DNA of 32,000 nt, taken from positions 3,780,001 through 3,812,000 of the forward strand of contig NC_014972.1 of the NCBI RefSeq assembly GCF_000186885.1, read 5' to 3'. This document shows positions 10,502 to 18,499 of this stretch, piece after piece. The position numbers were made by a program, and so were the translations under genes. How positions within the stretch are numbered: the first letter of the stretch is position 1; every line of letters starts with the position of its first letter. The notes beneath the pieces were generated by a model. The model had not been told where the DNA came from. It saw nothing but the letters and a program-made list of their open reading frames with translations, and did no database searches. Source of the DNA: Desulfobulbus propionicus DSM 2032 (GTDB lineage: Bacteria > Desulfobacterota > Desulfobulbia > Desulfobulbales > Desulfobulbaceae).

Positions 10502-11002
10502 ATGGCCACAACAAAAGACAATCTCAAGGAAGCGTTTGCCGGTGAAAGTCAGGCCAATCAGAAATACCGGGCTTTCGCCAAAAAAGCCGAAAAAGAAGGG
10601 TTTGCCAACATCGCCAAATTGTTCCGCACCACCGCCGAAGCAGAGCGTATTCATGCTGAAGGACATCTCAAGGCCCTGGACATGATCGCCACCACCGCGG
10701 AAAATCTCCAGGCAGCCATTGACGGCGAAACCTATGAATATAAAGAAATGTACCCGCCCATGGTCGAGTTGGCCGTTGCCGATGGGCACAAGGCAAAAAC
10801 CATGTTCAAGTTTGCCGTCGATGCCGAAGCGGTTCATGCCAACATTTACACCAAGGCCCTTGAGGCGGTGAAAAAAGGGGTTGATCTCGATGTCAGTGAA
10901 TTCTATCTCTGTCCGGTCTGCGGCTACATCGAACTCGGAGCGGCTCCGGAAAAATGTCCGGTCTGCGGCGCCAAAAAGACCGTGTTTGAACAGGTCGCCT
11001 AA
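10502..11002 (+). CDS. rbr: Rubrerythrin
   Basis: GGAGGA SD before the ATG at 10502 (166 aa). Diiron four-helix-bundle motifs (AFAGESQANQKYRAFA, EAERIHAEGH, GETYEYKEMYP, DAEAVHANIY) plus the C-terminal rubredoxin-like CPVCGY..CPVCGA. Confidence 0.93.
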   Translation: MATTKDNLKEAFAGESQANQKYRAFAKKAEKEGFANIAKLFRTTAEAERIHAEGHLKALDMIATTAENLQAAIDGETYEYKEMYPPMVELAVADGHKAKTMFKFAVDAEAVHANIYTKALEAVKKGVDLDVSEFYLCPVCGYIELGAAPEKCPVCGAKKTVFEQVA

Positions 11003-11041
11003 GTCCGGCGATCATCACGTCGAGCGAATAAACGACTTACA

Positions 11042-11078
11042 CCCCTCACGGCCGACAAGGCCGTGAGGGGTTTTTTTG
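11042..11078 (+). terminator. Rho-independent terminator of rbr
   Basis: Perfect 12-bp stem cccctcacggcc / ggccgtgagggg with a 5-nt loop, followed by ttttttt. Confidence 0.85.
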
Positions 11079-11418
11079 TTCATCCGGTTGTATCGAGGCA
11101 AGGACTCACTTTGAGTCATTGGATACGGCGCGGCTCAGCACGTTTCCCGGTATCAGCAAGCGCCACAACCAGCTCGATCCGCATCGCCCTTCTCCACCTG
11201 AAACTGGAAAGCAGTGGTCGGCCGGAGGGAAAGGTGTTTTTTTCTTGCTCCTCGATTTCCAGAAGTTTAAGAACATCGTCGCCATTACATTTCCGGAACG
11301 CCAGCGGCTTTTCTTGCCCTTTTGGATAAAAAAGTCGTCGTGTAGGGCGCCAGTCGGCACACCTCCGCCGTTCACGGACCCCAACCGTTGACCACCGAAT
11401 TCTATCAAGGAGAAAACC

Positions 11419-14400
11419 ATGCCGAAACGTGACGACATCCACACGGTCCTGATCATCGGTTCCGGTCCGATTATCATCGGCCAAGCCTGCGAATTTGACT
11501 ATTCCGGTACCCAGGCCTGCAAGGCGCTACGTGAACTGGGTTACCGCATCGTCCTGGTCAACTCCAATCCGGCCACGATCATGACCGATCCGGGCATGGC
11601 CGATGTGACCTACATCGAACCCCTCAACGTCGATACTCTGGAGAAGATCATCGCCCGCGAACGGCCCGACGCCCTGTTGCCCAATCTCGGCGGCCAGTCG
11701 GCCCTCAATCTTTCTTCCGATCTGGCCCGTCTAGGTATTTTGGAGAAATATGGCGTGCAGGTGATCGGCGTCAACCTGGAAGCCATCGAGCGTGGCGAGG
11801 ACCGGATCGAATTTAAAAAGGAAATGGACCGGCTCGGCATCGAGATGCCTAGGAGCACGGCGGTCTATTCGGTCGAGGATGCGGAGCGGATCGCGGCCGA
11901 GCTGGGGTATCCGGTGGTCATTCGTCCGGCCTACACCATGGGCGGCACCGGCGGCGGCATGGTCTACAACCTGGAAGAACTGCGCACCGTGGCCACCCGG
12001 GGGATCGCCGCCAGCCGCATTGGCCAGATTCTGGTCGAGGAATGCGTCATCGGCTGGGAGGAGCTGGAACTGGAGGTGGTGCGCGATGCCGACAACCGGC
12101 TAATCACCGTTTGCTTCATCGAAAATATCGACCCCATGGGCGTGCACACCGGCGATTCCTTCTGCGCCGCGCCCATGCTAACCGTGCCGGTCGAACTGCA
12201 GCAACGGTTGCAGCGGGCGGCCTACGCCATAGTCGAGTCGATCGGGGTGATCGGCGGCACCAACGTCCAGTTCGCCCACGATCCGGTCACAGACCGGGTG
12301 GTGGTGATCGAGATCAACCCGCGCACCTCGCGCAGTTCGGCGCTGGCCTCCAAGGCCACGGGGTTTCCCATTGCTCTGGTGTCGGCGCGTCTGGCCGGCG
12401 GCCAGACCTTGAAGGACATGGCTTACTGGCGCGACGGCAGTTTGGACCGCTATACCCCTTCCGGCGAGTATGTGGTGATCAAGTTCGCCCGCTGGGCCTT
12501 TGAGAAATTCCGTGGGGTGGAGGACAAGCTTGGCACCCAGATGCGGGCCGTGGGCGAGGTGATGAGTTTGGGTAAGACCTACAAGGAGGCCTTTCAAAAG
12601 GCGATTCGCGGATTGGAGACCGGTTGCAGCGGTCTGGGGTTTTACAAGCATCTCAACAGCCTGTCCCTTAAGGACCTCATGGCCCGCTTGGCCGTGCCGA
12701 CCAGCGAGCGCCAGTTCGTGCTCTACGAGGCCCTGCGCAAAGGGGCGACCGTGGAGGAATTGCACCGACGGACCTCGATCCACCGCTGGTTCCTTGAACA
12801 GATGCGCGAGTTGGTGGCCCGCGAGGAGGAAATTCTCGCCCACCGGGGCGGGGAGCTGCCCATCGAGCTGCTGCGGCGAGCCAAGCAGGAGGGGTTTTCT
12901 GATCTGTACTTGGCCAAGATTCTCGGCCTGGAGGAACGTGCCATCCGCGAGCGGCGCACCCAGGCCGGCATCGTCGAAGGGTGGCACGCGGTGCCGGTGA
13001 GCGGGGTGGAAAACGCCGCCTACTACTATTCCAGCTACAACGCCCCGGACACGGTGCCGGTGTCCGCCAACCCCAACAAAGTGATGATCCTCGGCGGCGG
13101 CCCCAACCGCATCGGTCAGGGAATCGAGTTCGACTACTGCTGTGTCCATGCGGCCTTTGCCCTGCGCGACATGGGCTATGAAACAGTGATGGTCAATTGC
13201 AACCCGGAGACCGTTTCCACCGACTACGATACCTCGGACAAGCTTTACTTCGAGCCGCTGACCGTCGAGGATGTGCTGCAGATTTACCAGAAGGAAAAGC
13301 CACGGGGAGTGATCTGCCAGTTCGGCGGCCAGACGCCGCTCAACATCGCCCGCCAGCTGGAGGAGGCCGGAGTGACCATCCTGGGTACGCCGCCGGCGGT
13401 CATCGACATGGCTGAGGATCGCGACCTGTTTAACCGAATGATGGAGAAACTGGGCATTCCCATGGCCGCCGGCGGCATGGCTGTCAACGAAGAGGAAGCC
13501 GTTGCCATCGCCGGGCAGATCGGTTACCCGCTGATGGTTCGGCCCTCCTACGTGCTTGGCGGCCGGGGAATGGAAATCGTCTATGATGAGCCGATGCTGC
13601 GCGATTACATGGCCGCGGCGGTGGATGTCACCCCGGACCGGCCGATCCTCATCGACCGCTATCTGGAAAATGCCATCGAGGCCGAGGCCGATGCCATCGC
13701 CGACGGTACCGATGCCTTCGTGCCGGCGGTGATGGAGCATATCGAGCAGGCGGGCATCCATTCCGGCGATTCGGCCTGCGTCATTCCGCCGGTGGGCATC
13801 CCCGAGCACCATATCGCCACCATCCGCGAGTACACCCGCACCATCGCCCGCGAGATGGGCGTGGTCGGACTCATGAACATCCAATACGCGATCTGCGACG
13901 ACCGGGTCTACGTGCTCGAGGCCAATCCGCGCGCCTCGCGCACCGTGCCGCTGGTATCCAAGGTCTGTGGCATCCCCATGGCCCGCATCGCCACTGAGAT
14001 CCTGCTTGGCAAGACCTTGCGCGAGTGCCATCTCAGTCAGCGCACCATCCCGCACATCGGTGTCAAGGAGGCGGTGTTCCCGTTCAACATGTTTCCCGAG
14101 GTCGATCCGGTGCTTGGCCCGGAGATGCGCTCCACCGGCGAGGTGCTGGGCATGGATTCCTCTTTCGGCATGGCTTTTTACAAGGCCCAGGACGGGGCCA
14201 ACAGCACCCTGCCGCTCACCGGGGCCGTATTGATCACCGTTAACCAGCGCGATCGCACCGACAAGCTGATCGAGGCGGCCCGGCGGTTGCGGGACGAGGG
14301 CTTTAAACTGCTGGCCACAGACGGTACCGCCGACTTTTTGCAGGCGCACGGCATTGAGGCCCAGGTGATCCTCAAGGTGCATGAAGGGCGGCCCAACATC

Positions 14401-14625
14401 GTCGACGCGGTGAAAAACGGCGAGATTCAGCTGATCATCAACACCCCGTCGGGCAAGCTCAGTGCCCATGATGACTCTTACATTCGCAAGGCGGCCATCA
14501 AGCACAAGGTGGCGTACATCACCACCGTTGCCGCGGCCGCGGCGGCCGCCGAGGGCATCGCCGCCCGTCAAGCGGGCGAGGCAACGGTACGCTCCCTGCA
14601 GGAGTGGCTGGCCGCAATCGCCTAA
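11419..14625 (+). CDS. carB: Carbamoyl-phosphate synthase large subunit
   Basis: 1068 aa. MPKRDDIHTVLIIGSGPIIIGQACEFDYSGTQACKAL, two ATP-grasp halves (second repeat ILGGGPNRIGQGIEFDYCCVHA), and an MGS-like C-terminus. AAGGAGA SD upstream. Confidence 0.97.
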   Translation: MPKRDDIHTVLIIGSGPIIIGQACEFDYSGTQACKALRELGYRIVLVNSNPATIMTDPGMADVTYIEPLNVDTLEKIIARERPDALLPNLGGQSALNLSSDLARLGILEKYGVQVIGVNLEAIERGEDRIEFKKEMDRLGIEMPRSTAVYSVEDAERIAAELGYPVVIRPAYTMGGTGGGMVYNLEELRTVATRGIAASRIGQILVEECVIGWEELELEVVRDADNRLITVCFIENIDPMGVHTGDSFCAAPMLTVPVELQQRLQRAAYAIVESIGVIGGTNVQFAHDPVTDRVVVIEINPRTSRSSALASKATGFPIALVSARLAGGQTLKDMAYWRDGSLDRYTPSGEYVVIKFARWAFEKFRGVEDKLGTQMRAVGEVMSLGKTYKEAFQKAIRGLETGCSGLGFYKHLNSLSLKDLMARLAVPTSERQFVLYEALRKGATVEELHRRTSIHRWFLEQMRELVAREEEILAHRGGELPIELLRRAKQEGFSDLYLAKILGLEERAIRERRTQAGIVEGWHAVPVSGVENAAYYYSSYNAPDTVPVSANPNKVMILGGGPNRIGQGIEFDYCCVHAAFALRDMGYETVMVNCNPETVSTDYDTSDKLYFEPLTVEDVLQIYQKEKPRGVICQFGGQTPLNIARQLEEAGVTILGTPPAVIDMAEDRDLFNRMMEKLGIPMAAGGMAVNEEEAVAIAGQIGYPLMVRPSYVLGGRGMEIVYDEPMLRDYMAAAVDVTPDRPILIDRYLENAIEAEADAIADGTDAFVPAVMEHIEQAGIHSGDSACVIPPVGIPEHHIATIREYTRTIAREMGVVGLMNIQYAICDDRVYVLEANPRASRTVPLVSKVCGIPMARIATEILLGKTLRECHLSQRTIPHIGVKEAVFPFNMFPEVDPVLGPEMRSTGEVLGMDSSFGMAFYKAQDGANSTLPLTGAVLITVNQRDRTDKLIEAARRLRDEGFKLLATDGTADFLQAHGIEAQVILKVHEGRPNIVDAVKNGEIQLIINTPSGKLSAHDDSYIRKAAIKHKVAYITTVAAAAAAAEGIAARQAGEATVRSLQEWLAAIA

Positions 14626-14683
14626 CCCCCCTCAAACCTTATCCCCTGCCCGAGCCACAAGCGCCATCAATCGAAAGGTTTGT

Positions 14684-15193
14684 TCAGCCTTGTTCTTTTT
14701 GGTGCAGCACGGGCAGGAACCGTTCCATGTAGGCGTTGCTCATCACCCCCAGGCGGACCGCCGCCTGGGGAGTCATGGCGGCGAAGGTGCCCGTGGCACG
14801 CACGCACAATGCGCCGTCCTGTGCATGAATTTCGCCCCCTACCACCACCTGCCGCTCGGAAACTGTTTCCGCGATAGTGCCAACCACGGTTAATTGGGTT
14901 TCGACCTGCACCGGTTTGAGGAATTCCACGGTCATGGTCTTGGTCACCCCGATCTTGCCCAGCAGATAGATCACCGACCAGCCCATGATTTCATCGAGCA
15001 GGGTCGAGAGGACGCCGCCATGCACGGTCCGATCCCAGCCGGCCATGGCCGGGGGCACCGTCACCAGGGAATAGACCCGCTGTTCATCGGTGAGAAAGGT
15101 CATGTGCAGGCCGATGGGGTTATTGTCGCCGCAGCCAAAACAGGTCTGGCCGTCCAAGTTGACAATGGTACGCAATGAGGTGGAATCGATCAT
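14684..15193 (-). CDS. PaaI/4HBT-family hotdog-fold thioesterase
   Basis: CFGCGDNNPIGLHMTF and VHGGVLSTLLDEIMG are typical PaaI-type motifs. The ATG at 15193 has an AAGGAGAAA SD. The ORF-track start at 15271 would add a hydrophobic 26-aa extension with no SD. Confidence 0.8.
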   Translation of the reverse strand: MIDSTSLRTIVNLDGQTCFGCGDNNPIGLHMTFLTDEQRVYSLVTVPPAMAGWDRTVHGGVLSTLLDEIMGWSVIYLLGKIGVTKTMTVEFLKPVQVETQLTVVGTIAETVSERQVVVGGEIHAQDGALCVRATGTFAAMTPQAAVRLGVMSNAYMERFLPVLHQKEQG

Positions 15194-15469
15194 CAGGTCT
15201 TTCTCCTTGAGAGCATGAAGGGCAACGAACCACAGCCCCAGATAACCACCCAAAACCAGCCAGGGCAACATCGAAGCGCCAAGACAACCGGCCTGGTGAG
15301 GGAAAAGCGTCCTGCCGGCCGCGCGCCTTCGCGTTTCGCGACACGGTTTCCTGCCTATTAAATATTTGTTTTAACATTGTTTATCGCTTCCTTGGTGCTC
15401 CCTGCTCCTGGTCGATTTCTCGTTTTCGCGATTGTCCTTGCGTCCGCGAAGTGGTAAGGAGAGCAGCGT

Positions 15470-15655
15470 CTACTTGACGCCACCACACAGACAGACAGTT
15501 CCATAAACGGAACACGGTGCAAATCCGTGACGGTCCCGCCGCTGTAACCGGAATACAGGGGTCGCACTCCCCGCAAGGGAAGCCACTGATCATGCGGATA
15601 TGATCGGGAAGGCGCGATCTGGCAGTCTCCGGAAGTCAGAAGACGTATGGAACGG
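15470..15655 (+). promoter_or_regulatory. Cobalamin (B12) riboswitch; boundaries approximate
   Basis: Conserved core GGAACACGGTGCAAATCCGTGACGGTCCCGCCGCTGTAA (15509-15546), GCCACTG...GGGAAGGC (15582-15613), and the B12-box-like AGTCAGAAGAC (15634-15644). gttccata (15499-15506) is complementary to tatggaac (15646-15653). It lies upstream of cobT. Confidence 0.85.
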
Positions 15656-15760
15656 TTCTTTTTTGGGAAGGCGATGGCAAAGGGGGGGAAAGGAGTTTCA
15701 ACCTTTCAAACCCATTGATTTTTTTCCCGGAAACGGACCATCGCCACGTACGGAGGATAC

Positions 15761-15913
15761 ATGAAACCCCAAGCCACGGTTGTTCCCACCTCTTTCCTGT
15801 GCCCTCGAACGACTCTCCCGGGTCGATTGCCCAAAGGAGCGCGAGCTGTTTCCGACGCAACGGCACAGCGGTCGCTCTTCGCGCCGAGAGCCGGCTTGCC
15901 GCCGGCGAAATAA
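15761..15913 (+). CDS. Candidate 50-codon ORF in the riboswitch-cobT spacer (hypothetical)
   Basis: GGAGGA SD 5 nt before the ATG at 15761, TAA at 15911-15913. Translation MKPQATVVPTSFLCPRTTLPGRLPKGARAVSDATAQRSLFAPRAGLPPAK. No family recognised, and the composition is Pro/Arg/Ala-rich. Confidence 0.2.
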   Translation: MKPQATVVPTSFLCPRTTLPGRLPKGARAVSDATAQRSLFAPRAGLPPAK

Positions 15914-15998
15914 CTCGTTCACCGTCTGATTGATGAATAACCGCGCCCCTCTTGGGCGTGCGCAACGGCCATACCCAATCCAAACAAAGGAACATTCC

Positions 15999-17132
15999 AT
16001 GCACCTTCTTCAGTCCACCATGGCGGCAATCCGTATTCCAAGCCAGGCCTTTTACCAAGCAGCCACGCAGCGGCTCGCCGACCAGGCCCGGCCCAAGGGC
16101 AGTCTTGGCATTCTCGAACCGCTGGCAGCCCGGTTGGCCGCCATCGCCGCAACCCTGGATGTCCGTTTCCGCCACAAATTCATCGTCACCTGCGCCGGTG
16201 ATCATGGCGTGGTTGCGGAAGGGGTCAGCCTCTTTCCCCAGGAGGTAACCCCACAGATGGTCTACAATTTTGTCCAGGGAGGGGCCTCGGTCAGCGTGCT
16301 GGCGGCCCATGTCGGTGCCAGGGTACGGGTGGCCGATCTGGGTGTCAATCATGATTTTCCGCCGAACCTGCCCATTTTTCATTGCAAGATCGGCAAAGGC
16401 ACCGCCAACTTCACTCGTCAGCCGGCCATGACCCGGGACCAGGCGGTTCGCTCGCTGGAGGCGGGAATCGAGATCGTCAACCGGTTGGTGGATGGCGAAG
16501 GCATGGATCTGCTGGGAACCGGCGACATGGGGATCGGCAACACCACCCCCTCCTCGGCGATCATCGCCGCCTTTTCCGGCCTGCCGGTACAAACGGTGAC
16601 TGGCCGGGGAACCGGTATCGATGATGTCATGCTGGCCAACAAGATCGCGGTGATCGAGCGGGCCCTGGCCTTGCATCGGCCCGACCCGAACGATGCCCTC
16701 GACGTATTGGCCAAGGTCGGGGGATTTGAAATCGGCGGTCTGGCTGGATTGGTGATCGGCGCCGCCGCCAGGGGCGTTCCGGTGCTGTGCGACGGGTTGA
16801 TTTCCACCGCCGGTGCCCTGATCGCCTGTGAGCTGGCTCCGGCAGCCAAGGCCTATCTCTTCGCCAGCCACAATTCGGTGGAGATTGGCCACCGTTGCAT
16901 GCTGGAGCGGATGGGGTTGCAACCGCTCCTGCATCTTGATTTCCGCCTCGGCGAGGGGACCGGAGCGGCTGCCGCCATGCCCCTGCTCGATGCCGCCACC
17001 CGTGTACTGGCCGAGATCAAGACCTTTCGGGAGGTCGGGATCCACGACGCCCAGAACAAAGGGGACGAGACAAGGGAGGAATCGGTGGGTTCGTTGGAAA
17101 GCGTTTCCGCTCAGGCCACCGTGGCACCCTGA
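15999..17132 (+). CDS. cobT: Nicotinate-nucleotide--dimethylbenzimidazole phosphoribosyltransferase
   Basis: KPKGSLGILEPLAARLA, VTCAGDHGV, DMGIGNTT, GGFEIGGLAG and the C-terminal LGEGTGAA are CobT hallmarks. The ATG at 15999 has an AAAGGA SD. Confidence 0.9.
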   Translation: MHLLQSTMAAIRIPSQAFYQAATQRLADQARPKGSLGILEPLAARLAAIAATLDVRFRHKFIVTCAGDHGVVAEGVSLFPQEVTPQMVYNFVQGGASVSVLAAHVGARVRVADLGVNHDFPPNLPIFHCKIGKGTANFTRQPAMTRDQAVRSLEAGIEIVNRLVDGEGMDLLGTGDMGIGNTTPSSAIIAAFSGLPVQTVTGRGTGIDDVMLANKIAVIERALALHRPDPNDALDVLAKVGGFEIGGLAGLVIGAAARGVPVLCDGLISTAGALIACELAPAAKAYLFASHNSVEIGHRCMLERMGLQPLLHLDFRLGEGTGAAAAMPLLDAATRVLAEIKTFREVGIHDAQNKGDETREESVGSLESVSAQATVAP

Positions 17133-17164
17133 TAGGGTACCACGGCGGAAGGGAATACGGAGGA

Positions 17165-17845
17165 CTACATCCGCTCCTGGGACCAGTCGTTGTGCTCGAA
17201 TTCGCTATGGTCGGGTTTGGGCGGTTTGATCTCGGCCATGCGCTGCCGCAGCCAGGTCTGCACCTTGGAGAATTCGGCGGCAAACTCGGCCATGGCCCGA
17301 CCGCGGTGGCTGACCCGGCTCTTCTCCTCCATGGTCAGCTCGGCAAAGGTTTTGCCCAATTCCGGGGAGTAAAAGAGCGGATCATAGCCGAAACCGGCCT
17401 CGCCCCGCCGCTCGGTGAGCAGTTCGCCGTCGCAGCGGCCCTCCCAGGTCAGGGCCGGACCGCCGGGGGTGGCAAGCGACAGCACGCAGACGAAATGGGC
17501 GCTGCGGTTGGTCTGGCCTTCCATTTCACCGAGCAGTTTGTCGCAGTTGGACCAATCGGTGGCTTCCGGGCCGGAATAGCGGGCTGAATAGACGCCGGGA
17601 CGACCGTCCAGGGCGTCGACCACCAGGCCCGAATCGTCGGCCAGGCAGGGCAGGCCCAACACCTTGGCATAGTGCAGCGCCTTCTTGTAGGCGTTGTCGT
17701 CAAAGGTTGCGCCGTCCTCCACCGGTTCGGGCATGGGGCCGAAGTCGGCGAGCGATTTGATCGTCACCGGCGCGTTCTTGAGCAGTTCCCGAAACTCCTT
17801 GAGCTTGTTCTGATTGCTGGTGGCCAGCACGATGATGTTGTCCAT
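17165..17845 (-). CDS. rdgB: Non-canonical purine NTP pyrophosphatase (RdgB/HAM1)
   Basis: IVLATSNQNKLKEFRELL, ADDSGLVVDALDGRPGVYSARY, GFGYDPLF and SHRGRA. GGGAGGA SD upstream. The C-terminal tail of about 25 aa is longer than usual. Confidence 0.92.
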   Translation of the reverse strand: MDNIIVLATSNQNKLKEFRELLKNAPVTIKSLADFGPMPEPVEDGATFDDNAYKKALHYAKVLGLPCLADDSGLVVDALDGRPGVYSARYSGPEATDWSNCDKLLGEMEGQTNRSAHFVCVLSLATPGGPALTWEGRCDGELLTERRGEAGFGYDPLFYSPELGKTFAELTMEEKSRVSHRGRAMAEFAAEFSKVQTWLRQRMAEIKPPKPDHSEFEHNDWSQERM

Positions 17846-17926
17846 GGTAGTCCTCCCGGCGCCGGATACGGGGCAACGGCGCGCTTTAAAACGATAGATC
17901 AGTAAGGTCGCGGCTTGGCTACGCGC

Positions 17927-18499
17927 TCAAGAAGCTCCCTGGTGTGTTTGTCGTGGACGTTTGCGCAGCCGCTTGTCGTAGCGCTCTTGCTCGCTGTATA
18001 TGCAGCCGCAGTAGGGCTGACGGTAGAGCCCCAACCGGATCGATTCGTCGATGCCCTCCTGCCAGCCCAGCCGGAAATCTTCATAATAAAAATCGACCCC
18101 GTGTTCCGCGGCCAACCGCTGGCAGCGTTCGATGAGCAGCCGGTGGTTCTGGTACTTGGAATAGAGCAGGGTGGTGGTGAACGCGTCAAAATCTCCGGCA
18201 GCGGCGGTTTGCACCGCCCGCACCAGGCGCATCTCATAACAGATCGGGCAGCGCTCGGCCTCGTGGAACACCACCTGCCGCAGGTACTCGGTCAAGCCAT
18301 AGTTTTCGTCGATGGTCACCGGGAACTCGGCCGCCAGACTCAACTGTTTGACCGCTTCCACCCGGCGGCGGAACTCCTGATAGGGGTGGATGTTGGGGTT
18401 ATAGAACACCCCTTCGACCGCGTGCCCCTGATTCCGTAGCCGGATCAGGGGGTAGACCGCGCAGGGTCCGCAGCAGAGGTGCAGGAGAATCCGCATCAC
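17927..18499 (-). CDS. queH: Epoxyqueuosine reductase QueH (DUF208)
   Basis: [35 protein letters not shown] and YCGCIYSE are QueH motifs. The start is GTG at 18499 or ATG at 18496, and either one overlaps the TGA of the upstream activator gene. Confidence 0.88.
   Translation of the reverse strand: MMRILLHLCCGPCAVYPLIRLRNQGHAVEGVFYNPNIHPYQEFRRRVEAVKQLSLAAEFPVTIDENYGLTEYLRQVVFHEAERCPICYEMRLVRAVQTAAAGDFDAFTTTLLYSKYQNHRLLIERCQRLAAEHGVDFYYEDFRLGWQEGIDESIRLGLYRQPYCGCIYSEQERYDKRLRKRPRQTHQGAS

Noticed and set aside
11106-11484. ORFs of 88-123 aa in the carB upstream region, and a 22-codon ORF (MRIELVVALADTGKRAEPRRIQ) with a GGAG upstream. I also tested TGA read-through for a selenoprotein.
   Set aside because: The frames overlap the carB start or each other and no family motifs are present. 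Read-through of the TGA at 11118-11116 adds only 11 codons before another TGA, so there is no selenoprotein signal.
12178-14571. 797-aa minus-strand ORF antisense to carB. Similar long antisense ORFs occur at 6352-7581, 7720-8565, 8384-9511, 15636-17045, 19222-20160, 20599-21738, 23145-23783 and 23768-25024.
   Set aside because: Each lies entirely opposite a confidently identified conserved gene. They have low-complexity Gly/Arg/His/Asp/Leu-rich translations and no SD. Long stop-free antisense frames of this kind are expected in GC-rich coding DNA.
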